Below, piece by piece: positions 39,541-48,586 of a DNA stretch of 64,000 bases. Every line of letters starts with the position of its first letter. Within the stretch, counting starts at the first letter, position 1. The notes beneath the pieces were generated by a model. That model saw only the letters and a program-made list of their open reading frames with translations. It was not told where the DNA came from and made no database searches. The stretch comes from an uncultured Acidobacteriota bacterium (GTDB taxonomy: Bacteria; Actinomycetota; Acidimicrobiia; Spongiisociales; ZC4RG35), in contig CAWKEI010000010.1 of the NCBI GenBank assembly GCA_963848695.1, positions 160,514 to 224,513 of the forward strand, in the 5' to 3' direction. The position numbers were made by a program, and so were the translations under genes.

Positions 39541-40445
39541 TGGCAGCACCTCCCGTCACCGAGCCCGAGGTGGCCGCACCGGTCACGCCTGAGCTCGAGG
39601 AGGCCTCGAAGAGGGCAGAGGCGAGGAGAGGCTTTCTCATTGCCCTCCCTTCGTTCTTCTACCTGGTGCTGTTGTTCGTCATTCCCCTGGGACTGGTGTT
39701 CGTCTATTCCTTCGCCACCCGTGATGCCACCGGGCAGACGGTGCTCGAGGACTGGAACCTCGAGTCCTACAAACGGCTGTTCTCTGCGGAAGTCCTGGAG
39801 ATATTTCTTCGGTCCCTGGTACTCGCAATGCTCACCACGGTGATCTGCCTGGTGATCTGCTACCCGTTCGCGTTCTATATCGCCACCAGAGCGCCCCGGG
39901 TTCGCAACATCCTGCTCATCCTGGTGATGATCCCGTTCTGGTCGAACTTCCTGGTCAGGACGTACGCCTGGCGGGTGCTCCTCGGGTCCGAGGGCCCCCT
40001 CTCCCAGTTGAGCGAGTTGCTCGGCGGTGAGCCGTTCCGGCTGCTGTTCACCAACGTGGCTGTCTTGATCGGGCTTGTCTACGGATTCATGCCGTTCATG
40101 GTCCTCCCTCTCTATGCCGCGCTGGAACGGATGGACTGGCGGCTGGTCGAGGCGGCGCGAGATCTCTACGCCGATGGTTGGACCGCCTTCCGCAAGGTCA
40201 CCCTTCCCCTCTCGATGCCCGGGGTGGTGGCCGGGTCGATCCTGGTGTTCATCCCATCGCTGGGCGCATACGTCACCCCGGCCCTCCTCGGTGGGGCGAG
40301 GACGGTGCTGATGGGTGATTACATCGTCAGCCAGTTCCTTGCTGCCCGCAACTGGCCGTTCGGCTCGGCCCTCTCCTTTGCCGTGATGTTCGTGATGTTG
40401 CTGGCGACGATCTTCTACTTCCGGGCAGGGGCGAAGACGTTGTGA
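39540..40445 (+). CDS. potB: polyamine ABC transporter permease
   Basis: 6 TM with an EAA-loop-like 'EAARDLYADGWTAFRKVTLP'. Confidence 0.85.
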   Translation: MAAPPVTEPEVAAPVTPELEEASKRAEARRGFLIALPSFFYLVLLFVIPLGLVFVYSFATRDATGQTVLEDWNLESYKRLFSAEVLEIFLRSLVLAMLTTVICLVICYPFAFYIATRAPRVRNILLILVMIPFWSNFLVRTYAWRVLLGSEGPLSQLSELLGGEPFRLLFTNVAVLIGLVYGFMPFMVLPLYAALERMDWRLVEAARDLYADGWTAFRKVTLPLSMPGVVAGSILVFIPSLGAYVTPALLGGARTVLMGDYIVSQFLAARNWPFGSALSFAVMFVMLLATIFYFRAGAKTL

Positions 40446-41323
40446 ACGAGGGAACCCGCCCCAGGGGTTGGGTCGATCGGCTGCTCGCCCTCAATGCGTG
40501 GATGGTCTACCTCTTCTTCTACGCCCCGATCGTCCTCCTCATCGTCTTCTCCTTCAACGAGAACGAGAACGTCGGGATCTGGACCCAGCCGTCGCTGCGC
40601 TGGTATGGGGAGATGTTCCAGGATGAGCGGGTGATGGGCGCCCTGCGCAACTCGCTGATCGTGGCCTTCTTCGCCACCATCGTCTCGACGGTGCTGGGGA
40701 CGATGCTGGCCATCGCCCTGGAGCGGTACCGGTTTCGGGGGAGGGGGGCGCTGGACGGCATCGCCTATCTCCCGATCATCATCCCCGATGTGACCATGGC
40801 GGTGATGCTGCTCATCTTCTTCTTCCAGGCCTTTGGCATGCTCGACGACGCGCTCGGGATCAACCTCACTGCGGGACTTCTCACCATCACACTGGCCCAT
40901 ATCGCTTTCTGCATCTCCTTCGTCGCGATCGTGGTCCGGGCCCGTCTCTCCCAGTTGGACAGCTCGCTCGAGGAAGCCGCGGCCGACCTCTACGCCAACC
41001 GTTGGCAGGCGTTCCGCAAGGTCACCCTCCCCCTGATCGCCCCCGGGGTGGCCGGTGGCGCCCTTCTCGCCCTGACGCTGTCTCTCGATGACGTGGTGGT
41101 CACCCAGTTCGTCTCCGGGGCGGGGTCGACCACGTTGCCGGTCTACGTCTTCGGTCTGGTGCGACGTGGCGTCACCCCACTCATCAACGCCGTGAGCACC
41201 GTCATGCTGGTGGCCTCGATGGTCCTCGTCGGGATCTCCCTCGGGTTCCAGCGCGGGGCTGAGGCGAGAGGACAGCGGCTCGCTGACCCTGAAGCTCTCC
41301 TCGAGGAAATCTCGTCCGACTGA
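40442..41323 (+). CDS. potC: polyamine ABC transporter permease
   Basis: 6 TM with 'EEAAADLYANRWQAFRKVTLP'. Confidence 0.85.
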   Translation: MNEGTRPRGWVDRLLALNAWMVYLFFYAPIVLLIVFSFNENENVGIWTQPSLRWYGEMFQDERVMGALRNSLIVAFFATIVSTVLGTMLAIALERYRFRGRGALDGIAYLPIIIPDVTMAVMLLIFFFQAFGMLDDALGINLTAGLLTITLAHIAFCISFVAIVVRARLSQLDSSLEEAAADLYANRWQAFRKVTLPLIAPGVAGGALLALTLSLDDVVVTQFVSGAGSTTLPVYVFGLVRRGVTPLINAVSTVMLVASMVLVGISLGFQRGAEARGQRLADPEALLEEISSD

Positions 41324-41398
41324 GCCCTTGCTGTGCGCCTCGCCAAACGCCGACGCGTGGATAAGGTGTCGGCCACAAGGCGGATCCCGGGAGGATTG

Positions 41399-42529
41399 AT
41401 GCGACGGACGGCGAGGCTCATCGCCTCACTAATGGTGCTTGCTCTGTTGGTTGGCGCGTGCGGCGGAGACGAGGGCACGGGACCCGATGGCACCACTGCA
41501 GAAGGTGGCGAATCACCCGACGGAGCGACCGGAGCCGCCTGTGCTCTCGACGAGGTGGACGGCGACCTCAATTTCTACAACTGGTCCGAGTACATGGACC
41601 CGGATCTGGTCACCGCTTTCGAGGAGCAATACGGCGTCGATGTCGTCGAGGACTTCTATGAGTCCAACGAGGCCCTCCTCGCCCAGATGCAGGCCGGCGC
41701 GGTCTATGACCTGATCGTCCCGTCGGACTACATGGTCGGCATCATGATTGACACCGGCCTCCTGGCCCCGGTCAACACCACCGCCGTTCCCAACCTGGCG
41801 AACCTTTCCCCGCAATTCACGGAATTGCCCTACGACCCGGGACCCGGATACTCCGCGGCCTATCAGTACGGCACCACCGGTCTCGGGGTCAATGTGTCGG
41901 TCGTCGGGGACGACTTCCCTCGCAGCTGGGATCTCCTATTCGATCCCGAGCTCACCGCGGACTTTCCCGGCGGGGTCTCGGTGCTCAACGACCCGAGGGA
42001 GGCGATGGGGGCGGCACTGAAGAGCTTGGGTTACTCGCTCAATGACACCGACCTGGCTCATCTCCAAGAGGCATCAGACCTCATCTCCGCCGGTATGGGA
42101 GGGATCGCCACCTTCGACTCGGACCAGTACGACGAGGCGCTGGTGGCTGGCGAAGTGGCGGTGTCACACGGCTATTCGGGCAACATGATCGTTGGGATCG
42201 GGGGTGCGGACAATCCCGATGATTTCGAGTACATCCTCCCCGAAGAAGGAGCGACGCTCTGGATCGACAACATGGCGGTTCCGGCCAACGCCGAGCACCC
42301 GTGCACCGCGTTCACCTTCATGAACTACATCCTCGACGCCGAGAACGGGGCAACCCTCACCAACTGGAACTATTACGGCACTCCCAACGAGGCGGCGATG
42401 GAGTTCGTGGACCCCGAGGTCATCGAGTTCTACGCGCCTACCTTCGAGGCCGAAGGTCTGGAGATCATCGAGGACACCGGGGACTACGAGATCAACTTCA
42501 CCGACTACTTCGCCATGGCGAAGGGTTAA
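41399..42529 (+). CDS. potD: polyamine ABC transporter substrate-binding lipoprotein (PotD/PotF family)
   Basis: ATG 41399 after GGGAGGA; lipobox 'LLVGACGG'; 'LNFYNWSEYMDP', 'YDLIVPSDYMV'. Confidence 0.85.
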   Translation: MRRTARLIASLMVLALLVGACGGDEGTGPDGTTAEGGESPDGATGAACALDEVDGDLNFYNWSEYMDPDLVTAFEEQYGVDVVEDFYESNEALLAQMQAGAVYDLIVPSDYMVGIMIDTGLLAPVNTTAVPNLANLSPQFTELPYDPGPGYSAAYQYGTTGLGVNVSVVGDDFPRSWDLLFDPELTADFPGGVSVLNDPREAMGAALKSLGYSLNDTDLAHLQEASDLISAGMGGIATFDSDQYDEALVAGEVAVSHGYSGNMIVGIGGADNPDDFEYILPEEGATLWIDNMAVPANAEHPCTAFTFMNYILDAENGATLTNWNYYGTPNEAAMEFVDPEVIEFYAPTFEAEGLEIIEDTGDYEINFTDYFAMAKG

Positions 42530-42541
42530 CGACTCCCGTCT

Positions 42542-42583
42542 TGGCGCGGAGATGTCGGTCTATAGGTCGACATCTCCGCGCCA
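42542..42583. terminator. strong bidirectional hairpin between convergent genes
   Basis: tggcgcggagatgtcg (42542-42557) pairs perfectly with cgacatctccgcgcca (42568-42583). Confidence 0.7.
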
Positions 42584-42598
42584 GAATGATCCTTTGCC

Positions 42599-43553
42599 TC
42601 AGCCTTCGCTTGGCACCGGGGCCGGCGGGGTGGGTGGCTGGCGCCTTCTCCACTGGCGATAGATGAACAGCCCGATCAGGGCAGGTACCCCGAGCACCAG
42701 TAGCAACATCGGGAGGGTGTAGAGGGCGAAGTGGATACCCCAGTCCGCCAACCCTTGGAGCCCGCTCACCAGGCTGCGCAGGGCGTCGCGGGCCTCCTCC
42801 ACCGGCTCCCAGGTGTCCTCCACGATGGGGACGACTGCCGGAGTCGGAGTGAGGCCGATGGTCAGAGTCGCCAGGTCGACGACGTCGTCGAGATAGTTGA
42901 GCTGTCCCTGGATCTGCTCGATCTGAGCCCGGACGTTCGAGACTTCGTTGTAGACCCGAAGCAACTTGTCCGGATCGGCATCGGGCTGCTCTCGCACCTC
43001 GGTGAGGAGAGCGCGAAGCTCGACTTCGAGCGCCTCGAGATTGGTGAGCCGCGCTTCGAGATCGATGTACTCGGCGGTCACGTCTTGTGCGCCCTGTGAC
43101 TCCGAGACCACCTTTTCCACCGAGCCTTTGATCGAGGTCATGACCTCGGTGAGCTCGGTTGCCGGGATCCGGAGCGTGATGTTCGCAGCAGGCTGGTCGT
43201 CCTCGCCTTCCACCGGGTGCACCGTGGCGTCGGCCACGAAGCCGCCGGATGCCTCGGCAAGGGCGATGATCCGATCGATGGCCGCCCTGGTGTCGTCGGC
43301 CTCTAGCTGGAGCTGGGCCTGGCGGATCACTTTGCGGTCCTGGGCCACCTCTAGGTCGACGGCGATTGCGCCGTCGCCCGGTGGGGCGGCCTCCTCCGCT
43401 GCCGCCGTGGTGGTAGCTGCTTCCCCTCCGGAGGCGAAAGCACCCCCGTCAGTGAGCCGATCACCGGCGAAAGTGGTCTCGGCCCCCTCACCACCCCCGT
43501 TGCAGGCTGCGAGGACTATCCCCGTTGCCAGAATCAATGCCAGTCGTCTCATT
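42599..43553 (-). CDS. DUF4349 domain lipoprotein
   Basis: ATG 43553 after GAGGAG; 'LILATGIVLAACNGG' lipobox; coiled-coil middle; two C-terminal TM segments. Confidence 0.75.
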
Positions 43554-43657
43554 GGATTCTCCTCTTTGCGCCCCTTCGGGGCATGGCGGTTGGACGAGTG
43601 GGATCGGCCGTTCGGTTCCACTGGGTCGGGCCGAGGGCTTCCATTACCGTTGTGGTC

Positions 43658-44689
43658 ATGAACAGCGGGCCGCTCAGAGTGCTCGAGATCTACGGCGACC
43701 CCGCCGACTTCGGGCGAATCCACGGGACCGAGTGCAAGGCGATGATCCGGGAGTATCTCGACGAGCGTCTCGGTCTATCGGGTGACTCCACCTGGGCGGG
43801 ACGGTCGGCGCAGGCAGAAACGGTCCTTGCACTCGCCGAGTCCACCCTGTCCCAGCATCGTGACTACTCGCCGAGCCTGTACGAGGAGATGACGGCGCTG
43901 GCCGAAGCCGCCGGGATCACACCGGCCGAGGCGGTCGTGGTCGGCGGGTTCACCGACCTGGTCGACGTGGTCCGGGCGCACGACGGATGGGCCCCGATCG
44001 AAGACGACTGCACCGCCTTGCTCGACCCACTCAACGGCTTGTTCGCACAGACCTGGGACATGCACGCTTCGGCCGGGGAATACGTGGTGATGTTGAAGCT
44101 CGATCCGGTGTCAGGCCCGGGGGCCGTGGTGCAGACGACGGCGGGATGTCTCGGCCAGATCGGGATGAACGAGGCAGGGATCGGGGTCGGGATCAACAAT
44201 CTCACCTCGATCGGCAAACCCGGCGTGACCTGGCCATTTGTCGTGCGAAAGGTCCTCGAGCAGACCGATCTGGATGCGGCGATCGATGCGGTCACGGACG
44301 CGGACCTGGCCGGGGGCCACAACTACATGGTGATCGGGCCGGACGGCACCGGAGCCAACATCGAGGCGATGCCGGGCAGTGTCGACGTGACCAAAGTCAC
44401 CAATGAGCCGTTCGTCCACACCAATCACTGCCTCGATCCTGGAACCCGCCTCGAGGAGGGCGAGCGGGCGCCGGAGCACGTGGCGGGGAGTGACGAGAGG
44501 CTGCAACGTGGTTCGGAGCTCGGTCACGATCTCGATGCCTTTTTCACCGACCCCTCGATAGCGAGACGGGCGGAGTCGCCGCACGACGTGGCCACCTGCG
44601 GGGCGGTGGTGATCCGACCTAGGGAGAAGAGGCTCGACTCGGTGTGGGGGATCCCGGGCGATAACCCGTGGGAGTCATTTCGTCTGTGA
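43658..44689 (+). CDS. C45-family Ntn peptidase / acyl-CoA:6-APA acyltransferase-like protein
   Basis: 'EDDCTALL' (candidate nucleophile Cys), 'AQTWDM', 'GMNEAGIGVGINNL', 'HTNH'. Confidence 0.75.
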   Translation: MNSGPLRVLEIYGDPADFGRIHGTECKAMIREYLDERLGLSGDSTWAGRSAQAETVLALAESTLSQHRDYSPSLYEEMTALAEAAGITPAEAVVVGGFTDLVDVVRAHDGWAPIEDDCTALLDPLNGLFAQTWDMHASAGEYVVMLKLDPVSGPGAVVQTTAGCLGQIGMNEAGIGVGINNLTSIGKPGVTWPFVVRKVLEQTDLDAAIDAVTDADLAGGHNYMVIGPDGTGANIEAMPGSVDVTKVTNEPFVHTNHCLDPGTRLEEGERAPEHVAGSDERLQRGSELGHDLDAFFTDPSIARRAESPHDVATCGAVVIRPREKRLDSVWGIPGDNPWESFRL

Positions 44690-45303
44690 GTGAGGTGACG
44701 ATCGTCAACCTCGAGGCTGGAATGGCCCCCGAGCTGGAGAAGATCGAGCTGACCTGTTTCCCGATGGCCAACCCCGACGACCTCCTGTCCGAGGAGGACA
44801 TCCTCGCCTACGCCGATGTGTTTCCCGAGGGCTACTTCGTCGCCATGGTGGACGGGCGCCCGGTCGGGATGGGCGCCGGCATCTATCTCGACTTCGACTT
44901 CGAACATCCCCAACACACGATCGCGAGCATCTCCGGCGAGCATCAATGCGGGAATCACGACCCGAACGGTGCGTGGTATTACGGCACGGACATCACAGTC
45001 CTGCCCGAGTACCGGGGTCGGGGAATTGGGGGAATGCTCTACAGAGAGCGCAAGGGGCTGGTAGTCAGGGACGGCAAACGGGGGATCATCGCCGGAGGCG
45101 CACTCCCCGGCTTTTTCGACCATAAAAAGACGATGGCGGTCGACGAGTACGTTGACCGGGTGGTGGCCGGGGAGCTCTACGATCCCACCCTCAGTTTCCA
45201 GCTCTCGCACGGCTTCGAGGTCCGGGGTCTGCTCAAGGACTATCTCGAGGATGAAGCCGACGACGGCTGGGCCGCCCTGATCGTCTGGGAGAACCCTGTC
45301 TGA
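44686..45303 (+). CDS. GNAT family N-acetyltransferase
   Basis: 'VLPEYRGRGIGGMLY' acetyl-CoA loop. GTGA overlap with the C45 gene stop. Confidence 0.8.
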   Translation: MSEVTIVNLEAGMAPELEKIELTCFPMANPDDLLSEEDILAYADVFPEGYFVAMVDGRPVGMGAGIYLDFDFEHPQHTIASISGEHQCGNHDPNGAWYYGTDITVLPEYRGRGIGGMLYRERKGLVVRDGKRGIIAGGALPGFFDHKKTMAVDEYVDRVVAGELYDPTLSFQLSHGFEVRGLLKDYLEDEADDGWAALIVWENPV

Positions 45304-45358
45304 TTGCCGGCCGACTTTGCCGTGTGGCGGCCAAGTCCCGCCGGTCTAGAGTTCCTGA

Positions 45359-45943
45359 ATGACCCAGGGACCGCCCACGGAGCCACCCCCCGTTCCCGTA
45401 CCCCAACCGGAACCGCCTCCCACTCCCGAGCCGACGCCCGAACCGTCGCCTGGTCCAGAGCCGACACCGGTGCCCGAACCATCCCCGGTTCCGGAGCCAC
45501 CCGTTCCTCAGCCCGAACAAGCTCCGCCGGCCCCGGTTCAGCAACTCCCTTCGGCTGCACCCCAGCCCAGAGCGACGAGCGGTGACCAGCAGATGTGGCA
45601 GGTCCTCTCCCATGCCTCCGCATTCATCCAAGTGGTTGGGATTCCCTCCCTGGTCGGACCGCTGGTGATCTGGCTGATCAAGCGGGAAGACCCTGCAGTC
45701 GAGCCTCACGCTCGCGCTGCCCTGAACTTCCAGCTCTCATTGCTGATCTATTTCATCGGAGGGACGATTCTGGCTTTCCTCTTCGCGATCACGGTGATCG
45801 GCCTGGTGATCACGGTCCCGCTCGTCCTCTTCCTTCTCGTCCTGGTCGTCCTCGAGCTCATCTTCGCCCTGCTCGCGTCACTCGCCGCAGCGCGCGGCGA
45901 GCTCTACGACTATCCGCTCAGCCTCAACCTGATCAAGAGCTAG
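45359..45943 (+). CDS. DUF4870 domain membrane protein with Pro-rich N-terminal extension (start uncertain)
   Basis: 'HASAFIQ..GPLVIWLIKRED..V..HARAALNFQLSLLIY'. The N-terminal ~75 aa are PEP(T/S)P-like low complexity. Confidence 0.7.
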   Translation: MTQGPPTEPPPVPVPQPEPPPTPEPTPEPSPGPEPTPVPEPSPVPEPPVPQPEQAPPAPVQQLPSAAPQPRATSGDQQMWQVLSHASAFIQVVGIPSLVGPLVIWLIKREDPAVEPHARAALNFQLSLLIYFIGGTILAFLFAITVIGLVITVPLVLFLLVLVVLELIFALLASLAAARGELYDYPLSLNLIKS

Positions 45944-45982
45944 TCCCCCGCGGGCGGCCGGGGCTGCCGCTCTGTTTCGAGG

Positions 45983-46987
45983 TCACGTCCCGGACTTACG
46001 CTCCGCCATCCCGTTGAGTATCTCCAGCACCACTCGGTTGGCCAGATAAGCCGTCTGCTCGCCGGGGCCGTCGTACGGTGGCGACACCTCCACGATGTCG
46101 GCGCCCAACACGTTCAGGTCACGGGACAGCCGGCGCACGGTGTCGAGGAGCTCGCGTGAGCCGAGACCGCCCGGCTCAGGCGTCCCCGTGCCGGGGGCCA
46201 GGCCGGGATCCACCACGTCGATATCCACACTGATGAAGACACCTTTGGCGCCTCCCTCGAGCGAGTAGTTCACCGCCTCATCGACCACATCGGTCAGACC
46301 CCGCTCGACGATCTCGTTCATCAGGAACGATCGCATCTTCTGTTCCCGCATCCACTGCATCACCTCAGGCTCCGGCCAGTAGCCACGGAGCCCGATTTGC
46401 ACGAAGCGATGCCCGGGAACAGCGCCGGATTCGACCAGCCGACGCATCGGGGTGCCATGACCCCACAGAGACCCGTTCTGGGTGAAGCCGGTGTCGGCAT
46501 GCGCATCGAAATGGACGAGCGCGATCTCGCCGAATCCATGGACCCTGGCTACTCCCAGAGCGTCGGGCCAGGTGATCGTGTGGTCTCCGCCCAGGATGAT
46601 CGGGACCTTCCCGGCGGCGGAGACCTGTTCCACGACATCGGCGATGCGACCGATCGAGAGCTCGAGCTCACCCGGCCGGACGTAGACGTCGCCGACGTCC
46701 ACTACTCCGAGGGCCTCGAAAGGGTCGATTCCCGTGGGGAGGTGGGGTCGGTAACCGTCCATGGCCCCGTAGTCGGCGTTCCGTATCGCCTGGGGGCCGA
46801 ACCGCGCTCCCGGCCGGTAGGTGGTTCCCCAGTCGAACGGTGCCCCGATGATCACCACCGAGCCGTCTCCGAGATCGTCGATGGTCACCGCCGGCACGCC
46901 GAGGAACGAGTTGCGAGAGGCAAATGAGATGTATTCGGCCGAGGCGAAAGGAATCTCGCCCTTTCGTTGTTCGTAGGGGGTGTACAT
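45983..46987 (-). CDS. speB: agmatinase (arginase/ureohydrolase family)
   Basis: ATG 46987; 'GAPFDWGTTYRPGARFGPQAIR', 'GGDHTITWP', 'HFDAHADT', 'SVDIDVVDP'. Confidence 0.9.
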   Translation of the reverse strand: MYTPYEQRKGEIPFASAEYISFASRNSFLGVPAVTIDDLGDGSVVIIGAPFDWGTTYRPGARFGPQAIRNADYGAMDGYRPHLPTGIDPFEALGVVDVGDVYVRPGELELSIGRIADVVEQVSAAGKVPIILGGDHTITWPDALGVARVHGFGEIALVHFDAHADTGFTQNGSLWGHGTPMRRLVESGAVPGHRFVQIGLRGYWPEPEVMQWMREQKMRSFLMNEIVERGLTDVVDEAVNYSLEGGAKGVFISVDIDVVDPGLAPGTGTPEPGGLGSRELLDTVRRLSRDLNVLGADIVEVSPPYDGPGEQTAYLANRVVLEILNGMAERKSGT

Positions 46988-47026
46988 GCGACTCGTTACG
47001 CTAACTGTCCGCCCTCCCCGTAAGCC

Positions 47027-48296
47027 ATGACGCCAGAGCGTGTTCAACGCACGTACTACATCCTCCTCCTGCTCCAGACGCTCGCCGCGTCGTTGATCTG
47101 GGGGATCAACACCCTGTTCCTCCTCGATGCCGGGCTCAGCATCACCCAGGCGTTCGTGGCCAATGCCGGGTACACCGCAGGCATGGTGATCTTCGAAGTG
47201 CCCACCGGGGTGATCGCCGACACCTTCGGCCGAAGAACATCGTTCATCCTGGGCGCGGCCACTCTGCTGGTGACGACGGCGGCGTACCTCGGGTCTCTGG
47301 TACATCGAGGCACCGATCGGTTGGTGGATCGTGGTCTCGATCCTGATCGGGCTCGGCTTCACCTTCTTCTCGGGTGCGACCGAGGCATGGCTGGTCGACG
47401 CTCTCCACGCCACCGGATACGAAGGAGGCATCGAAACCGTGTTCGGACGGGGTCAGATCGTGGCGGGCGGCGCAATGCTGGTCGGCACGGTGGGTGGGGG
47501 ATTCCTGGGCCAGGTCAATCTCGGATTGCCTTACGCCCTTCGCTCGGTGCTCTTGCTCGCGGTGATCGGGGCGGCAGCACTCTGGATGCGTGACATCGGA
47601 TATGAGCCGGCGAAGGGTGTGGCAGTCGGGGAACAGGTCCGGGGGATCCTGCGCGCGTCGATCAAGCATGGATTCGGCAATCCTCCGATCCGGATGTTCA
47701 TGTTCGCCGCGCCGTTCGCGGCAGGGGTCGGCGTGTGGGCTTTCTATGCGTTCCAGCCATACCTCCTCGAATTGTTCGGTGACCCCAACGCCACCTATCT
47801 GGCCGGCATCGCGGCGGCGGTGTTCGCAGTGGCCCAGATGGCTGGCGGCGCTTCGGTGAAAGCGGTCAGAGGGGTGGTCAAGACCCGGACGGCGATCATC
47901 ATCCTCGAAGTCGTGGTCGGCACACTCGCCCTGATCGGGGTCGGGTTGGCCGAGCTTCTCGAGATCCCGATCGGCTTCTGGGTCGCGATTGGGCTACTCA
48001 CCCTTTTTTCTCTGGTCGCGTCGCTATCAGGCCCGATGCAGCAGGCATACATGAACGCCTGCATTCCCTCCGAGCAACGAGCGACAGTCCTCTCCTTCAA
48101 CTCTCTGATGGGCAGCGCCGGTGGTGTGGTGGCCCAACCCGCCCTCGGTCGAGTGGCCGACGCCGCGTCGTTCGGGACCGCATATGTCGTGGCCGGAGTC
48201 GTGTATGCGATACGGCTGCCGTTCATAATCGCGGTCCGCCGGATGGGTCTGCGCGCCGACACGGAAACACGCTCCGAGCCGACAATCGTGCCCTGA
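47027..48296 (+). pseudogene. MFS transporter, frame broken near 47295
   Basis: ORF 47027.. reads '..PTGVIADTFGRRTSFILG..' and then becomes Arg-rich after 'AAYLG'. The next frame reads 'WYIEAPIGWWIVVSILIGLGFTFFSGA..' and joins ORF 47331..48296. Confidence 0.8.
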
Positions 48297-48315
48297 CCTC
48301 TGGCATCATTGGGTC

Positions 48316-48537
48316 GTGGCCGAGCACGAGGGCAATCAGACCGACCCGATGGGTCCAGCCATCATCCGCGGCATACTCATCGGCATCCCGGTGGTGCTGG
48401 TCGGGCTCACCATCGGGATCTGGCTGATCACGCCGTTGGATATAGCCGAATCGGCCCTGACCGCCGTGCTTCCGGGGATCCTCCTCGGCGCCTTCGGTGG
48501 TGGATTCGCCGGCATGGCGATGACGATGCGGGAATAG
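48316..48537 (+). CDS. small membrane protein (73 aa), hypothetical
   Basis: Two TM segments; followed directly by an intrinsic terminator. Confidence 0.45.
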   Translation: MAEHEGNQTDPMGPAIIRGILIGIPVVLVGLTIGIWLITPLDIAESALTAVLPGILLGAFGGGFAGMAMTMRE

Positions 48538-48557
48538 CGAGCGAAGCTCGCTATTCC
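48531..48557 (+). terminator. intrinsic terminator hairpin
   Basis: ggaatagcgagc-gaa-gctcgctattcc, a perfect 12-bp stem, followed by 'gttttgcgtt'. It overlaps the TAG stop at 48535-48537. Confidence 0.75.
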
Positions 48558-48586
48558 GTTTTGCGTTCTAAGTCTTACGTTTTACG
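48557..48586. repeat. tandem heptanucleotide array CGTTTTG CGTTCTA AGTCTTA CGTTTTA CG
   Basis: Read directly. Same unit, read on the opposite strand, as the array at 30881-30915. Contains the TAA stop (48582-48584, minus strand) of the monooxygenase gene. Confidence 0.8.

Noticed and set aside
45359-45590. Nucleotide repeat array in the Pro-rich N-terminus of the DUF4870 gene (PEPTP/PEPSP units).
   Set aside because: This is degenerate low-complexity coding sequence, not a precise tandem repeat or CRISPR-like structure. It may not even be translated if the true start is the internal ATG ('MWQVLSHAS').
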